DNA of 64,000 nucleotides from Octopus bimaculoides (lineage: Eukaryota): the NCBI RefSeq assembly GCF_001194135.2, contig NC_068987.1:107161357-107225356 (forward strand), in the 5' to 3' direction. The translations under genes were made by a program, and so were the position numbers. Under the pieces are notes generated by a model that was given only the letters and a program-made list of their open reading frames with translations, did not search any database and was not told the origin of the DNA. Below, piece after piece: positions 41,151-55,417 of this stretch; position 1 is the first letter of the stretch, and every line of letters starts with the position of its first letter.

Positions 41151-41556
41151 TGTTTTCCTCAATACAACCAGATAGCTTTGAGCGGACATTTCGGCAGATG
41201 TGCAAGAAATAAAACGTCGAATTTCCACGTCTTTCCATTATAACAATGCAAACATCCAATCTCCTTACAATAACGCCTAAACAAGGAAAACCTGTTCTTT
41301 CAAAAGTACAGACCACACGTTAGTATACAAACTTGACCAATTCAGCAATTATACGGATGAGTTAGTTGTCCCACTTTTTACCTACCTTGGTCCACTCTCT
41401 AGGCTCATTTTTATTTTTCAAGCATCCAAAATGGCAAGACCCCTTCGTCAAAAGAATTGATTACTTCACAACGTCCCTTGATAAACTAATCTAAATAGCG
41501 AAAAATAGGTTGGATATCACTACATCCATAAAATATGTATATATATTTTCAAATTT

Positions 41557-41587
<31 letters not shown>

Positions 41588-41714
41588 GGTTATGACCGGT
41601 AGTGGTGTCAATTAGACCCCGAGGTTTCAGTTAATGATGAGTAAGTGATATGGATAGACCATAGTTAAGCATATATATATATATATATAAATATNNNNNN
41701 NNNNNNNNNNNNNN

Positions 41715-41755
<41 letters not shown>

Positions 41756-41809
41756 ATCTATATACATATATATATGTATGTGTGCGTGCATGTGTGTGTA
41801 TGAGAACTT

Positions 41810-42010
41810 ATGTCTGTGTTTGTCTCATATCTCTGGTTCACAACCGGTGTTGGTGTGTTTACATCCCCGCAACTTTGTGCTAAGTCGGGTCAGACCGATC
41901 GGATAAGTATCAGGGTTAAAAAAAAATGTACTCATGTCGACTCATTTAAGTACAGATTCTACAAGGCGGTGCTTCAGCATGGCTTCTGTCTAACAACTGA
42001 AACAAGATAA
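41810..42010 (+). mobile_element. SINE family A, 3' half
   Basis: CAACCGGTGTTGGTGTGTTTACATCCCC..ACCGATCGGATAAGTA..AAGGCGGTGCTTCAGCATGGC. Confidence 0.75.
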
Positions 42011-42077
42011 AAGATTTTGAAAAATTCACCCACATTAGGTAGCCCGTTTAGGTGACCATACTTTTATCTTATTCAAG

Positions 42078-42160
42078 AAGAAGAAGAAGAAGAAGAAGAA
42101 GAAGAAGAAGAAGAAGAAGAAGAAGAAGAAGAAGAAGAAGAAGAAGAAGAAGAAGAAGAA
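42078..42160. repeat. (GAA)n microsatellite
   Basis: Direct reading. Confidence 0.97.
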
Positions 42161-43142
42161 GATGAAAATGATGTTGAATAAGAAGATAAACAACAACAAC
42201 AACAACAGGAACATCAACATTTATAACAATAGTGAATAATAGTTGTGATGGCACTACCACCAAAACAGTAAAATTCCACTTTAAATTTAATGACGTAAGA
42301 TTATATTTTTAAATGGCAGATATTGTTAACATTTTAAACGAGAATTCTCTTCTATGAAAGAGACGCAATTGTTCTGTTTATATGTTACAGCTTTTTACTT
42401 ACAATTTGTTTCAGTATCGAGGAAAATAGTTGTCCATATAAAGGGAAGAAATTGTAACAATTAATTCCTTATGAATGGTTTCCAACTCAATATATCATGT
42501 TAACATATTCAAAATAACAATATACACTGTTCCTTTAAAAGTTCTACGTCCATTATTTTATTGCACTTATGTGGAAGTGAAATATACAGCTGACAATTGA
42601 AAACACAGGCTTACAAGTTTATAATGGTTAGAACGATAATTGATAAATTAAGAGATCTGACATTTTCTCTCTCTTGTCTGTTTCTTTGATATTGTCGAGG
42701 ATTTACTAAAATAGATTCAAATGTAAATTATAAATAAAATTTTTTGAAAAGTATAACATTCTGTTTAAAATCTTTTCCAGTATAGGCACAATGCCTGGAA
42801 TTTAATATCACCGGGTTTAGCAGATTAGCCCAGCCCTTTGCGATGAAGTGGTACTCTTTCTTCTGGCGCCGAAAAGGTGATGTCAGAAGTCGTCCATGGC
42901 GGTTTATCAATTCACACTGGAAAGTCCGACTAAATACAGCTAGGTATTTTGTTCGGTAAGCTTACGATTCTGTTATCCCGTCGCCTTTTTACAAGATGCC
43001 AGCTCTGCATTACAAGGTAGTTTATTTAAGATGTACCTAATTTAGAGAATCTATGGATGGCCTGGACATACAAAAATGCAGCTTTGTAGAAACTGAGCCT
43101 GAAATATGCACTGATAGATTAAGGTTCAGCAAGAGTACTCAT

Positions 43143-43535
43143 AAGCGCAGGTGTGGCTGTGTGGTACGAAATTTGCTTCCCAGCCACACGGTTCCGGGTT
43201 CAGTCTCAATGAGTGGCACCTTGGGCAAGTGTCTTTTGCTATAATCTCGGACCGATCAAAGCATTGTTTGTGGATTTGGTAGACGGAAATTGAAAGAAGC
43301 CTTTCGTATCTCGTATATATGTATATGTCTATGTGTGTGTATGTCTTTGTGTCTGTGTTTGATCCCCTATCAACGCTTGACAACCGGTATTGATGTGTTT
43401 ATATCCCCCGTAACATAACGGTTTGCTAAAAGAGATCGATAAAAGTAATACTAGGCTTTAAAAATAAGTTCCAGTGTCGATTTGTTCGACAAAAAATAAA
43501 AATCCTTCAAGGCTGTGCTACAGCATAAAAGAATA
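43143..43535 (+). mobile_element. SINE family A, near full length
   Basis: AAGCGCAGGTGTGGCTGTGTGG..CCGGGTTCAGTC..GGCACCTTGGGCAAGTGTC..GATTTGGTAGACGGAAA..GTCGATTTGTTCGAC. Confidence 0.9.
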
Positions 43536-43904
43536 CGAAAAATGTAGAAGACCAGTGATATTGGAAAGGCATGTATTTACTGGCGATTCAATGATTTGTT
43601 TTTAAACTGCAGATGTAGAGACATTGGTTATATATATATATATATATATATATNNNNNNNNNNNNNNNNNNNNNNNNTCTTATATATATATATATATTGG
43701 TGTTATAGTGAAACTGAGGCTGAAGATGCATAAATAGAACACACAAGACAAAGTCATTAATACGGATGAACTTAGAAAACGTGCTATTATGTTGGGGATG
43801 TTCTTTATTAATTACTGAAACGTTTTCATGTACAAAATATAGAGTCACCACACAAATATATGCTGATTGCAATCAAACTTACCCAAATTACAGCGTGCAC
43901 GAAG

Positions 43905-44300
43905 GAGGGGCGTTTGTACAATCGTTAGCACACCGCGCAAAATGCTTACCGGTATGTCGCCTCTCTTTACGTTGTGAGATCAGATTCCGCGGTGGCCAAC
44001 ATTTGCCTTTCTTCCTTTCAGGCTCGATGAGTACCGAGGTTGGTGTAATCGACTAGTCCCCTCCCAGAAACTGTTGACCTGGTGCCAAAATTTGAAACCC
44101 AATTACAAAGGACAAGGAGGTAGCGATCCGGCTGAATCACTAGTACAGCGGACAAAGTGCTTTGCGATACTTCGTCCTACTTTACGTTCTGAGCGTAAAT
44201 TTCAAACAACTCCGGGTCAATAAAATAAATCCCAGTTCAACGTTGGTTTAAAATGTAATCGAGTTAACCAGAAATAACTGGCCTTATGCTAACATTTCAA
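43905..44300 (+). mobile_element. Two tandem SINE family B copies (about 43905-44105 and 44120-44300)
   Basis: Each has an ATCGTTAGCAC- or ATCACTAGTAC-type head and a TTACGTT..GAG..AAATT core; the second copy is more decayed. Confidence 0.65.
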
Positions 44301-44585
44301 ATCAAATTACAGAATACAAATTTAGTTTTCGTTTACAGGAAATAACGGGATTCACGGTAATTTGTCTACTCAATAAATATTGGCCAATGCACAGCAACAA
44401 TAACAACGAAAAAAAAAAAAAACCGTGGTTTTGCTATTCTAAAACAGAATTCTCTCGTGGAAAAATAAGTGAGAGTGGCCACTGGCATGTGTTTGAATGC
44501 CCAGGACATATTATATAATGTACGAGGAACATAGCTGATTTATCAATTTCAATAAACCAAGAATGTATTTTAAGTTATCTATCTC

Positions 44586-44626
<41 letters not shown>

Positions 44627-45336
44627 ATACGTATATATNNNNNNNNNNNNNNNNNNNNNNNNNNNNNNNNNNNNNNNNNNNNNNNNNNNNNNNNNNNNNN
44701 NNNNNNNNNNNNNNNNNNNNNNNNNNNNNNNNNNNNNNNNNNNNNNNNNNNNNNNNNNNNNNNNNNNNNNNNNNNNNNNNNNNNNNNNNNNNNNNNNNNN
44801 NNNNNNNNNNNNNNNNNNNNNNNNNNNNNNNNNNNNNNNNNNNNNNNNNNNNNNNNNNNNNNNNNNNNNNNNNNNNNNNNNNNNNNNNNNNNNNNNNNNN
44901 NNNNNNNNNNNNNNNNNNNNNNNNNNNNNNNNNNNNNNNNNNNNNNNNNNNNNNNNNNNNNNNNNNNNNNNNNNNNNNNNNNNNNNNNNNNNNNNNNNNN
45001 NNNNNNNNNNNNNNNNNNNNNNNNNNNNNNNNNNNNNNNNNNNNNNNNNNNNNNNNNNNNNNNNNNNNNNNNNNNNNNNNNNNNNNNNNNNNNNNNNNNN
45101 NNNNNNNNNNNNNNNNNNNNNNNNNNNNNNNNNNNNNNNNNNNNNNNNNNNNNNNNNNNNNNNNNNNNNNNNNNNNNNNNNNNNNNNNNNNNNNNNNNNN
45201 NNNNNNNNNNNNNNNNNNNNNNNNNNNNNNNNNNNNNNNNNNNNNNNNNNNNNNNNNNNNNNNNNNNNNNNNNNNNNNNNNNNNNNNNNNNNNNNNNNNN
45301 NNNNNNNNNNNNNNNNNNNNNNNNNNNNNNNNNNNN

Positions 45337-45389
<53 letters not shown>

Positions 45390-46087
45390 TAGAAATGAAT
45401 ATACATGGACAAACGCAGTCATGTACACACATACTGTCACACATCTATTCATTATGTACCCAGAAGCAGTGTAATGCATACATAGAGTCATTCACACAAA
45501 CGTGCACATTATAAATAAATATTCGAATCAAATAACATAGTATTTGCGGTGTACACATCCAACAACCCGGGAACGAAGAGTATTAGTTGAGATTTGAATG
45601 AGAAGGAGACAAACGCAATGGCTGAGTGTCCCAATGAAGAAAATCATAGAAATATTCCGACAGGGAAATATGCGCAAGCAGAATGGAGCCGTGGGTTGAA
45701 CAACATTTTCAAGGGTAATGGAAAAGAGAAAAAGTGAAATATTTCTTAATAAGGCTTGAGAATCAAAGTCTTTTATAAGATTATTCTAAGTAATCTTCAC
45801 TACATTCCCAGAGGAAGTTATTATATTTAATCTCTAAATATTTATGGTAGGTGTTGGTAGATCAGTAACACCTAAATATTAAATCTCATAGAAGATCCGT
45901 ATCATGCACTTTTCTATAAAAATCTTAAGGAGAGAATTTTGTGATCAACAAACAATCTTAAGGCGGATTACTCCCTTAAAACATGTTACACTCAGTTCAT
46001 AGAAGGAATTTATTAGAATAGCTAACTGCTGTTGTGATAGACAATCTCCCTTCAGTTCCATAGATACAAAGATATTCATCCACTTAC

Positions 46088-46194
46088 GACATCCACACAT
46101 ATTAAGAACGCTAACATCAAAAACATACATAAATGTGGGTAGGCGTTTGAGTAGATGTGTAGGAATCAGTTGTAGGAGTGCAGTTTCCAGTTCG
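46088..46194 (-). other. Candidate 107-nt exon (unverified), possibly a first coding exon
   Basis: ctttttttatatcacag acceptor and GTC|gtaagt donor. One frame is fully open (ELETALLQLIPTHLLKRLPTFMYVFDVSVLNMCGC); another ends MFLMLAFLICVDV, which resembles a signal peptide. Confidence 0.25.
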
Positions 46195-46337
46195 CTGTGA
46201 TATAAAAAAAGATAGACATAAACCAAACTCACACACGCACATTTATAGGTTTATACACATGTTAATCTATCTATTTACCTATCTATCTATCTGACTATCC
46301 GTCTCTTTGTCAGTCTGACAGTCTGTTTGTCTATCTA

Positions 46338-46374
<37 letters not shown>

Positions 46375-46574
46375 TAGAGAAATAGATAGATAGATAGATA
46401 GATATATATTCATACACATTCACATGTACACACTCTCACACACAAACACGCATACACATATTTTTATCTCTTATCGAATTGGATAAGATCTTACGCTACT
46501 TCCCGCATAGGATCTTCAGGCAAGTTACAATTGAAAAATGATGGAATTTGCGCATGTATTACTCTCTCTCTCTC

Positions 46575-46635
<61 letters not shown>

Positions 46636-46638
46636 CCT

Positions 46639-46687
<49 letters not shown>

Positions 46688-47901
46688 NNNNNNNNNNTAT
46701 CTATCTATCTATCTATCTATCAATCTATCTATCTATCTAGGGTTCGTGTCATGATGGAAAGAGACTATGATAAAGGCGAAAAAAGAAAAAAACGAAAGTA
46801 AGAAAAAAGATAGGGGAAAAAAGAAAGGAAAGTAAGAAAGAAGAAATAAGAGAAGAAATGGAGACAGTTGGAACACTACTATTCAAAGAATTTTTCGCTC
46901 AGAATCAACTTGGCACTAAACAGCAACAAGCACATCTAATGAAACATGAATTCGTTTGAAATACACATTGAAACATGAATACTGAGAGAGGAAATATTTC
47001 TGCTTATGAAGTCTTCATTCAACCTTCGCTGCCCGCTTCTGCCGAAGTATACAGGCCGAGGGAACCATTTCTGTAGCCATCATCAAAAGTACGAGGTTGC
47101 GATATTTCTACGTAGATTCTGTTGTTTCCGATTGAAGCGAAGGCATCTCTGATTTATCGTTTACCGTTTACTTGTTTTCAGACATTAACCGAATGAATTG
47201 ATATCCATTGACATCAGCGCTTTTTTTTTCTTCTTAACACTTAGTAGTAATTCTATCGGTCCAATTTGCCGAACCGCTAATTGACGGATTTCGTAAACAA
47301 ACCAACACCAGTTTTCAAGGGGCAGTGGTGGGGAGATTTCAAACACAGACACAAAGCACACACCATATATACACACTGATACGTACATACATGCATATAT
47401 AAATGCATACATACATACATGCATACATACATACATACATACATACATACATAAATACGTATGTACACACAAATATGTTTGTATACATATATACGAAGCA
47501 TCGCAAACTATTGTGTTTAACACTAAATCTCTCTCTCCCGTTTTATCTCGCTCAATCGCCTCTTTCTCTCATTTATCACCTTTCTTACACATTATCTCTT
47601 TACGCATCTCTCCCGTTCGTCCTTTATTGCTTTCTTGCTTTCCAAAATGTTCTGTCTGTCTGTCTGTTTATCTATCTGTCTGTTTATCTGTCTGTCTGTT
47701 TATCTATCTGTCTGTTTATCTGTCTGTCTGTTTATGTGTCTGTCTGTCTCTGTCTTTGTCTGTCTATCTATCTGTCTGTCTGTCTCCCTGTTTTTCTTTC
47801 TTGCGCTTTATTTCTTTCTAATTTGGTGTTGCATTCTCGTCTTTTCTTTGCTCTCCCTCTTTTATTCCGCTTTGTCTTAGAATCTCCGTCTCTCTCTCTC
47901 A

Positions 47902-47933
<32 letters not shown>

Positions 47934-48338
47934 AGCAGTCTTTAGAGACCCCCTTTGTCGCATAATCTTTCTTGACCCCCCCCCCCCNNNNNNNNNNNNN
48001 NNNNNNNNNNNNNNNNNNNNNNNNNNNNNNNNNNNNNNNNNNNNNNNNNNNNNNNNNNNNNNNNNNNNNNNNNNNNNNNNNNNNNNNNNNNNNNNNNNNN
48101 NNNNNNNNNNNNNNNNNNNNNNNNNNNNNNNNNNNCCCCCCCCTTAGAATCTGTATATCTCTGCCTCTCTATTTAAATCTTCTCTTCTCTGAAACACTAT
48201 TTCTCACTCTCTCGATATCAATCTTTCATTCACAATCTCTCTTTCACTCTTAGATTACTTGTTCCATCCCCTTTCTCTCCCTCTCTCTCATACACATACA
48301 CACTCTCATTCTCTCATACACTCACACACACACATATG

Positions 48339-48382
<44 letters not shown>

Positions 48383-49077
48383 TTCTCTCTCTCTACCTGC
48401 CTGTCTGATTGTGTGTGAGTGTCTTCCTTTGTCAGTACCATCTTCATTGCGGTTCAAAATCAAATAAAGTGCAGCATACTCTCAGACAGGCAATTAGTTT
48501 CCCAGCTAATCGCTACCATCTGCCTACTATGTAGATTTGGCCTTTGACAAAGCATTTAGCACAGGTCAAGTTTAGATAATAGTCTCTGGATTTCTAAAGC
48601 TGAAGAAGCGCGGATATTTCCGAAAGGTAAATCACCTTATCGATTCGCGTTGAAATTTGGATAAGCAGATGAAAGTAGATATAACACTTAATTTCGGCCA
48701 ACGTGTTGTTTTCACCTTTTCACCTAAATATTTAAAAATAGAACTTTCAGAGATTGCACTAAATTGGAGTAGAAGAGAGTGTGAAGAATGTGTTAACACA
48801 AATAATTCTAAGCCATGAGATAAATGGTCGGAGAAAAAAGAAGATAATACTGAAAGAGGGAAGATTGGAAGGCAGAGGGAAGATTGGAAGGCGGTGGAAA
48901 ATGAGACGGTCGGACAGACATACCGTCACACAGACGGAGACGCAGTCAGATACGAGGCTGGTGTCTGAGGATATAGAAAGCATAATATGATTAGAGTAAA
49001 AGACAGATAAAATGTGGAGGCTATATTTAAACCTATCTCACCTATCTCTACGGTTGTGTAAGTACGTTACACACACA

Positions 49078-49116
<39 letters not shown>

Positions 49117-49433
49117 CTACACACACACACCCATACACACACACACACACAAACATGCACACATACACACAAACAAACACACACACACACGCACGCGTAC
49201 ACACACATATACAGAGAGAAAGCGAGAGAGGGAGAGATAGACAGATAGACAGACAATCAGAGGTCGAAACGGAGAGTCAAAGAGATAAAAGAGAGATAGA
49301 TAGTTGGATACATACATATACACATCAGGCTGAAGAGGAATAGACAAATGGTAAGAATTTGTTAAATCCGAAACCGGTTCCTGTTTAAGAATGCATTTTT
49401 AGGTGATTTTAAATGTCTTGCCCGGTCACGGTT

Positions 49434-49843
49434 TGGTATGCTGCTATATGTCATGTTGAGAACAATTTAGGTCTTAATAGACACAAGATGTGATCTATTT
49501 CTAGCGCATTAATTGTCCACGTTAGTGGTCGATGTTATTTTAAAAAATGTACCTTAATCCCCTGAGATTGCAGATAATATTTCTGAATCTCTTTGATTCT
49601 TTAGATGTGCTGGCCTCCTGATAATTAATCGATATTAATTAATATCGATTAATTATCAGGAGGCCAGCACATCTAAAGAATCAAAGAGATTCAGAAATAT
49701 TATCTGCAATCTCAGGGGATTAAGGTACATTTTTTAAAATAACATCGACCACTAACGTGGACAATTAATGCGCTAGAAATAGATCACATCTTGTGTCTAT
49801 TAAGACCTAAATTGTTCTCAACATGACATATAGCAGCATACCA
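49434..49843. repeat. Perfect 410-bp palindrome (205-bp arms, no spacer) ending at an N gap
   Basis: Symmetry axis between 49638 and 49639 (ATCGATATTAA|TTAATATCGAT). The arms read as exact reverse complements out to TGGTATGCTGC / GCAGCATACCA. Confidence 0.97.
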
Positions 49844-50452
49844 NNNNNNNNNNNNNNNNNNNNNNNNNNNNNNNNNNNNNNNNNNNNNNNNNNNNNNNNN
49901 NNNNNNNNNNNNNNNNNNNNNNNNNNNNNNNNNNNNNNNNNNNNNNNNNNNNNNNNNNNNNNNNNNNNNNNNNNNNNNNNNNNNNNNNNNNNNNNNNNNN
50001 NNNNNNNNNNNNNNNNNNNNNNNNNNNNNNNNNNNNNNNNNNNNNNNNNNNNNNNNNNNNNNNNNNNNNNNNNNNNNNNNNNNNNNNNNNNNNNNNNNNN
50101 NNNNNNNNNNNNNNNNNNNNNNNNNNNNNNNNNNNNNNNNNNNNNNNNNNNNNNNNNNNNNNNNNNNNNNNNNNNNNNNNNNNNNNNNNNNNNNNNNNNN
50201 NNNNNNNNNNNNNNNNNNNNNNNNNNNNNNNNNNNNNNNNNNNNNNNNNNNNNNNNNNNNNNNNNNNNNNNNNNNNNNNNNNNNNTATATATATAGTGAG
50301 AGAGAGAGGGGGAGAGGAAGACAAAGGGAGAGAGAGATAGGTAGAGAGAAAGATAAATAGATAGATAGACTTCTCTAAGCAAATCATTTTGTATATGTGA
50401 TGGGAGAGGGAACAACAGAAACAGACACAGAGAAGAGAGGGAGAGGGAGAGG

Positions 50453-50496
<44 letters not shown>

Positions 50497-52287
50497 AAGA
50501 GAGTAGAAAGATATTGATATGTTTGCATAAGTATATATGTATAAATCTATATCCGTGACTTTTTGGGTGTGTGTGCATAAATATAGATGTTTCAGTATCA
50601 TAGACATCGTCAGCGTTGCTTATAAGCGTTTAGTTATTCCGTCACCTGAATTACCGACGCATTGCTGTCAAGATGTAAATAGTAGAGTTTTTTTTACAGT
50701 CACTTGAAACCTTGGCTAAATTCTCGAATGGAATTACCCTGACAATGTGTAATTTACTACAATTTTCTTTTACTCCTTTCTGTCATTGGAATGCAGCCAT
50801 GATGAAACACCACAGTGAAAGTTTTAGTCGAGCAAATCGTCCCCAGTATTTAAGGTTTTTGTTTATCACTGATTCATAATTCATCAGTACCTTTATCGGG
50901 AATGTAAACACATTAATACAAGTTAGCAATTGTTACGGTTTGTATGAAAAACTGACAAATACAGATGCAAAGAGCACACATACACACATATATAACATGC
51001 TTCCGGATAGTTTCCCCTTGCTACATTCACTCACAAAGCAATAGCTTGGTGCTATAGTAAAAAGAACACTGGCGTAGTCGAACTCAGCCCAAAAGATGTT
51101 GGTTGCAAAGCGAGCCTCTTAACGATACCTTTCTGCCTAAAACAAAGAGTATATATATTATAAGATCTAGGAGAATTTCTTTTAGATTTCTTACTATTGT
51201 TTATTAATTCCATTACTGCAAAATATGAGTCAAATAATAGATATGCTAACATCTAGAGCAGAATGCCATATTGGACTCTAGTAACAACACACTAAATGGA
51301 AACTGGCTTGTTTGTTCCCTGTGAAACAATGGCTTGCAGCCAAAGACAAGTAGGCAACTTGCTACCACACTTGCAACATATTAATGGAGCTTCAGGCAAA
51401 ATAGTGGCAACGTCTTTTATGCACATACATAAGGTCTGTACTTCATTTGTCTTATACTCACAAACCATTTCGAAAGAAACAGAGTTTTCATCATAGTTTA
51501 ACTGAAAAAAAAAGGTTTTTATATTAAATCAGAAGGACACTATCTTCAAATTACGAAAGAGTCACCTGAGTATTTTGTTTCACATAAATGGAAACTTTAC
51601 CTTGAAATTTTTATAAGTCAGACACACAAGGGAAATATATCATAACAAAATGTCTCTAAAAGTTTTCAATATTATATTCGTTTTATGCATAGATATTTGT
51701 TTTCCATTTAACTAATTCTCCTATATCATGATGTATTCGATAATCTTACATAGTTTATAATTGAAAATTAGATTTTGAGCGGTTACACTCGAATTTCATT
51801 TTCTTGTGCATTGGGTTGTTTTCGATTACATTTACATTTTTCTCCCTTTTCTTTCATTGCGGAATATGAATGAGAATTACGTAACAAAGGTTCATTAGAT
51901 AAAATTGAATTGCATCGCTATTTTTGTTTATGCGTTTATTGATATATTTCATACACACAGACAAATCATTCTTGTACGTATACATCGAATTCTTTGAACA
52001 ATACATAAGTATTTTTGTCATACATTTTAGATATATCTATTTACCTTTACATATGCACCTAATCAAATGCTTCATTTGTCTTCCATTTTTTAATGTTCCT
52101 TTTGGAGGTTTACATTTTCATTGTATTTTATCTCAGAATTAGTGATATAAAATTCTGAATTTAGAAATTTGAACTGCCAATTACAATACTAAAGAATATT
52201 TAGATCCCTTAATTTTTGTATGGGTTTCCATTCACATTTCCCATTATTCATTACAGCGAAATATTTAACTTAATTACTTATGCTCAT

Positions 52288-52366
<79 letters not shown>

Positions 52367-52419
52367 TGTGTGTGTGTCTGTGTCTGTGTGTGTGTGTTTG
52401 TGTGTATGTATACATAACA

Positions 52420-52580
52420 AAGAAATTCTTTCCGTTTCCGTCTACGAAATCCATTGACTAGGTTTTGATCTGCATGACATTATAGTAGAATAAAGTGGCC
52501 CAAGGTGCCACGAATTAGGGCTGATCCCGAAACCATGTGGTTAAGAAACAAACTTCTTCCACACAGTCATCACTGCAGCA
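52420..52580 (-). mobile_element. SINE family A, 5' part
   Basis: TTTCCGTCTACGAAATCC..CCCAAGGTGCCACG..CCCGAAACCATGTGG. Confidence 0.8.
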
Positions 52581-52848
52581 ATGCCTGTGTATAAACAATT
52601 CGATCGTATTATAGAAACGTTGAGTAATAAGAATATATTTTCTCTTTCAAGAAGCTATTCGAATGCAAATGTAGCTATGAATAAGCAACCTCATAAGATA
52701 CCTATCTTCATATATATAAGTATATATATGTATATATTTATATATATATANNNNNNNNNNNNNNNNNNNNNNNNNNNNNNNNNNNNNNNNNNNNNNNNNN
52801 NNNNNNNNNNNNNNNNNNNNNNNNNNNNNNNNNNNNNNNNNNNNNNNN

Positions 52849-52879
<31 letters not shown>

Positions 52880-52993
52880 ATTTGTATATACATACATAAA
52901 TATTTGTATATATATACACACGCGTATAGGGATATCCACTCAAAAGTCGATATAAATGTACCCATGCATTCACACACACACGCACACACACAC

Positions 52994-53026
<33 letters not shown>

Positions 53027-54146
53027 CATATATATATATATATATATACATACATACATACATAAGCTAATATGGACAGATAGATATGACAGGCAGGTAT
53101 GAATATATGAATTATATTATGGAGTGTCTGGTTATATTTTGATGCAAATAAATGTTGATTACTATTCAGCAGACACTAGTGAACTTTTGAATTCGATTAG
53201 CTACATTCGCCATAATCGAATCGTAATATGGCACCTCTTTTTTGAGGTAGGTTACTTACGTAACTACAAATGGAAAAATAATTCCGCATAAAGCTTTCAA
53301 GTATAAACAATAAACACCAATGTCACAAAATTACGTTAAGACTCAAAGAAACAGAATCATCATCGTTGTTCCTCCGAGTGTTAGGTTCTTTTGCTATATC
53401 CTATTTTCTAATGATGCAATGTTCATAACTGTGTTTCTTTAAATCATAATATTATGCGATTAAGTCTAACGTCAGTGCATTTTTGTGAAGCAAGAACATC
53501 TTCGACGCAAAACAACTCTGTCGTATGAGATCATCGTAGAAATAACAACTAAACTCCAGTCAAACAACAGTTTACCAATTAAAGTAAGAAAACCACGCTT
53601 GGAGAATACAGTTTTGGGAAATTTCCTTGAATTTGATATGAGATGCTGACGGCTCTGTAATACTTTGATCATATCATATGTTACCTTATGTGTGTGTATG
53701 TGTGTGTGTGTGCGCGTGGGTCTATCTGTATGCGTGTATGTCCTTTGTGTGTGTTGTGTGTGTGTGTGTGTGTTTCTGTGTATATATGTGTGATTTGTGT
53801 GTATGTTTGATGTGTGTATGTTTTTGTTTGTGCGTGTGCTTGTATGTGTGTGCGTGTGCGTGACAGAGAGAGAGTTAGTGTGTGTAAAATAAGACTATAA
53901 ATGCCAGCAGTCCTAGGTTTAGCAAGACATACAGCAAAGTTGAAACGTTAGGCCTTAGTATCGAAGCTGCACAAATAAGGCAACCGATGAATGGTAGCAG
54001 TCTGTATATTTCTAGCAAATTACTGATCATATTACATAGTTGCTGGACCAACTAAAATGCCAATAAAATCACCATTAGGCTACCCAAACAACTGCTATCT
54101 TTACAAACAAATGCATTAAGTAATGCTGTTCATTATGTACCCTCTT

Positions 54147-54362
54147 AGAGGCGGCGAGGTGGCTCAAACGTTAGGACGCCGGACAAAAGACGTAGCATTT
54201 CATCTCTCATTACGTTTTGAGTTCAAATTCTTCCGATGTTGACTTTGCCTTTTATCATCTTGAGTCGATAAATTAAGTACCAGTTGTGCACTGGGGTTGG
54301 TGTATTTGACTAATTAACATCTCACTAAAATTTCAGGCCTTTTACCTATCATAGAAAGTATT
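54147..54362 (+). mobile_element. SINE family B, full length
   Basis: AGAGGCGGCGAGGTGGCTCAAACGTTAG (A-box-like), GAGTTCAAATTC (B-box-like), GTCGATAAATTAAGTACCAGTTG. Confidence 0.85.
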
Positions 54363-55417
54363 ATATAATAGATCAGAAAAAAAAAAGAAACAACAAAGCC
54401 CCCTGGTTACAGCTGAAGCGTTATTGATCATAGAAATAGATCGATTCGGTTAGACTCAATCTGTTTCAAAACTGCAGCAATCGTAATAACGTGTATAGGA
54501 TGAAACCGCTAAGGGGTCTCTTAACGTGCTTCAAATAGCTATCAAATCTTCATAAAATCGGGTTTATAAAAGCAAACCCGTATTTGGAACGGCTAAATAA
54601 ATCGAGAAGAAGCTTCAATCCAGTCTACCAATCGGCTACAAATACTAAAAGCATTCATTAAATCGCATGTTAGACTCATAAAATAAATCAAGAACGTCTG
54701 ATGCAGCATTAAGAACGCATATCATACCAAAAGAATGAGTTTGGATAGTCAAGTGTGAAACGCTTTTGATGATAGTACTGAAGGAACAACGGCACTAGAA
54801 GCGAACCAAAAGGACAAATTCAATTCTGTTATTAAGCCTTCTTGTATAATTGGCAAAGGTGTCTCACTTTATAATATACTGTCTTAAAAACGGAAACATC
54901 TATTAGTGAATATACATTATTGAACGAAGATTGAAATAAAAATTGACGATTTCAGTTGAAATGCCTTTAGTCATACGAATGTCTATCCTTTAAGGGTTAA
55001 ATACAAACTGAAAAAATAAGAGCAACAATAAGTATGGACATCATCGAAGATTTATAGTAAAGCACGAAGCAAAAATTATAGAATTTGATTAGTGGCGTGA
55101 AGGTGGTGAACCAGCAAAATCATTAGATAGTGGGAAGAATATATTGCAGCATTTCTACTGGTTCCTCCGGTTCTGGGTCCAGTTTTCACCGGGGTAAATA
55201 TTGCTTCTAATCACTTCGGGTTCAATAAAGTAGCGTAACGACCAAATAACTTGAGTTGATGTTATCCCCTGAGCTCCGTACCTCGAAGGTTTTGGTGTGA
55301 TGTTTACATTAGAAACGAATATAATCAAGCACATTCCATGTCTGATCGTATTGTCTATATTTCTTTTCCTCCAAATACGTCTACATACGATTAGGAAATG
55401 CGACTATTTTCCATGCA

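Noticed and set aside
45618-45714. ATG-initiated frame MAECPNEENHRNIPTGKYAQAEWSRGLNNIFK with a possible donor
   Set aside because: Short, no recognisable homology and no promoter evidence; indistinguishable from chance.
48600-48635. CTGAAGA..GAAA as a second hammerhead
   Set aside because: No closing stem II pair next to the core and no compatible stem I or III.
53472-53672. Minus-strand ORF with ISYDRV as a GPCR TM3 DRY motif
   Set aside because: Spacing to the upstream D and K residues does not fit aminergic TM3, the ORF stops shortly after, and no other TM segments or splice sites support it.
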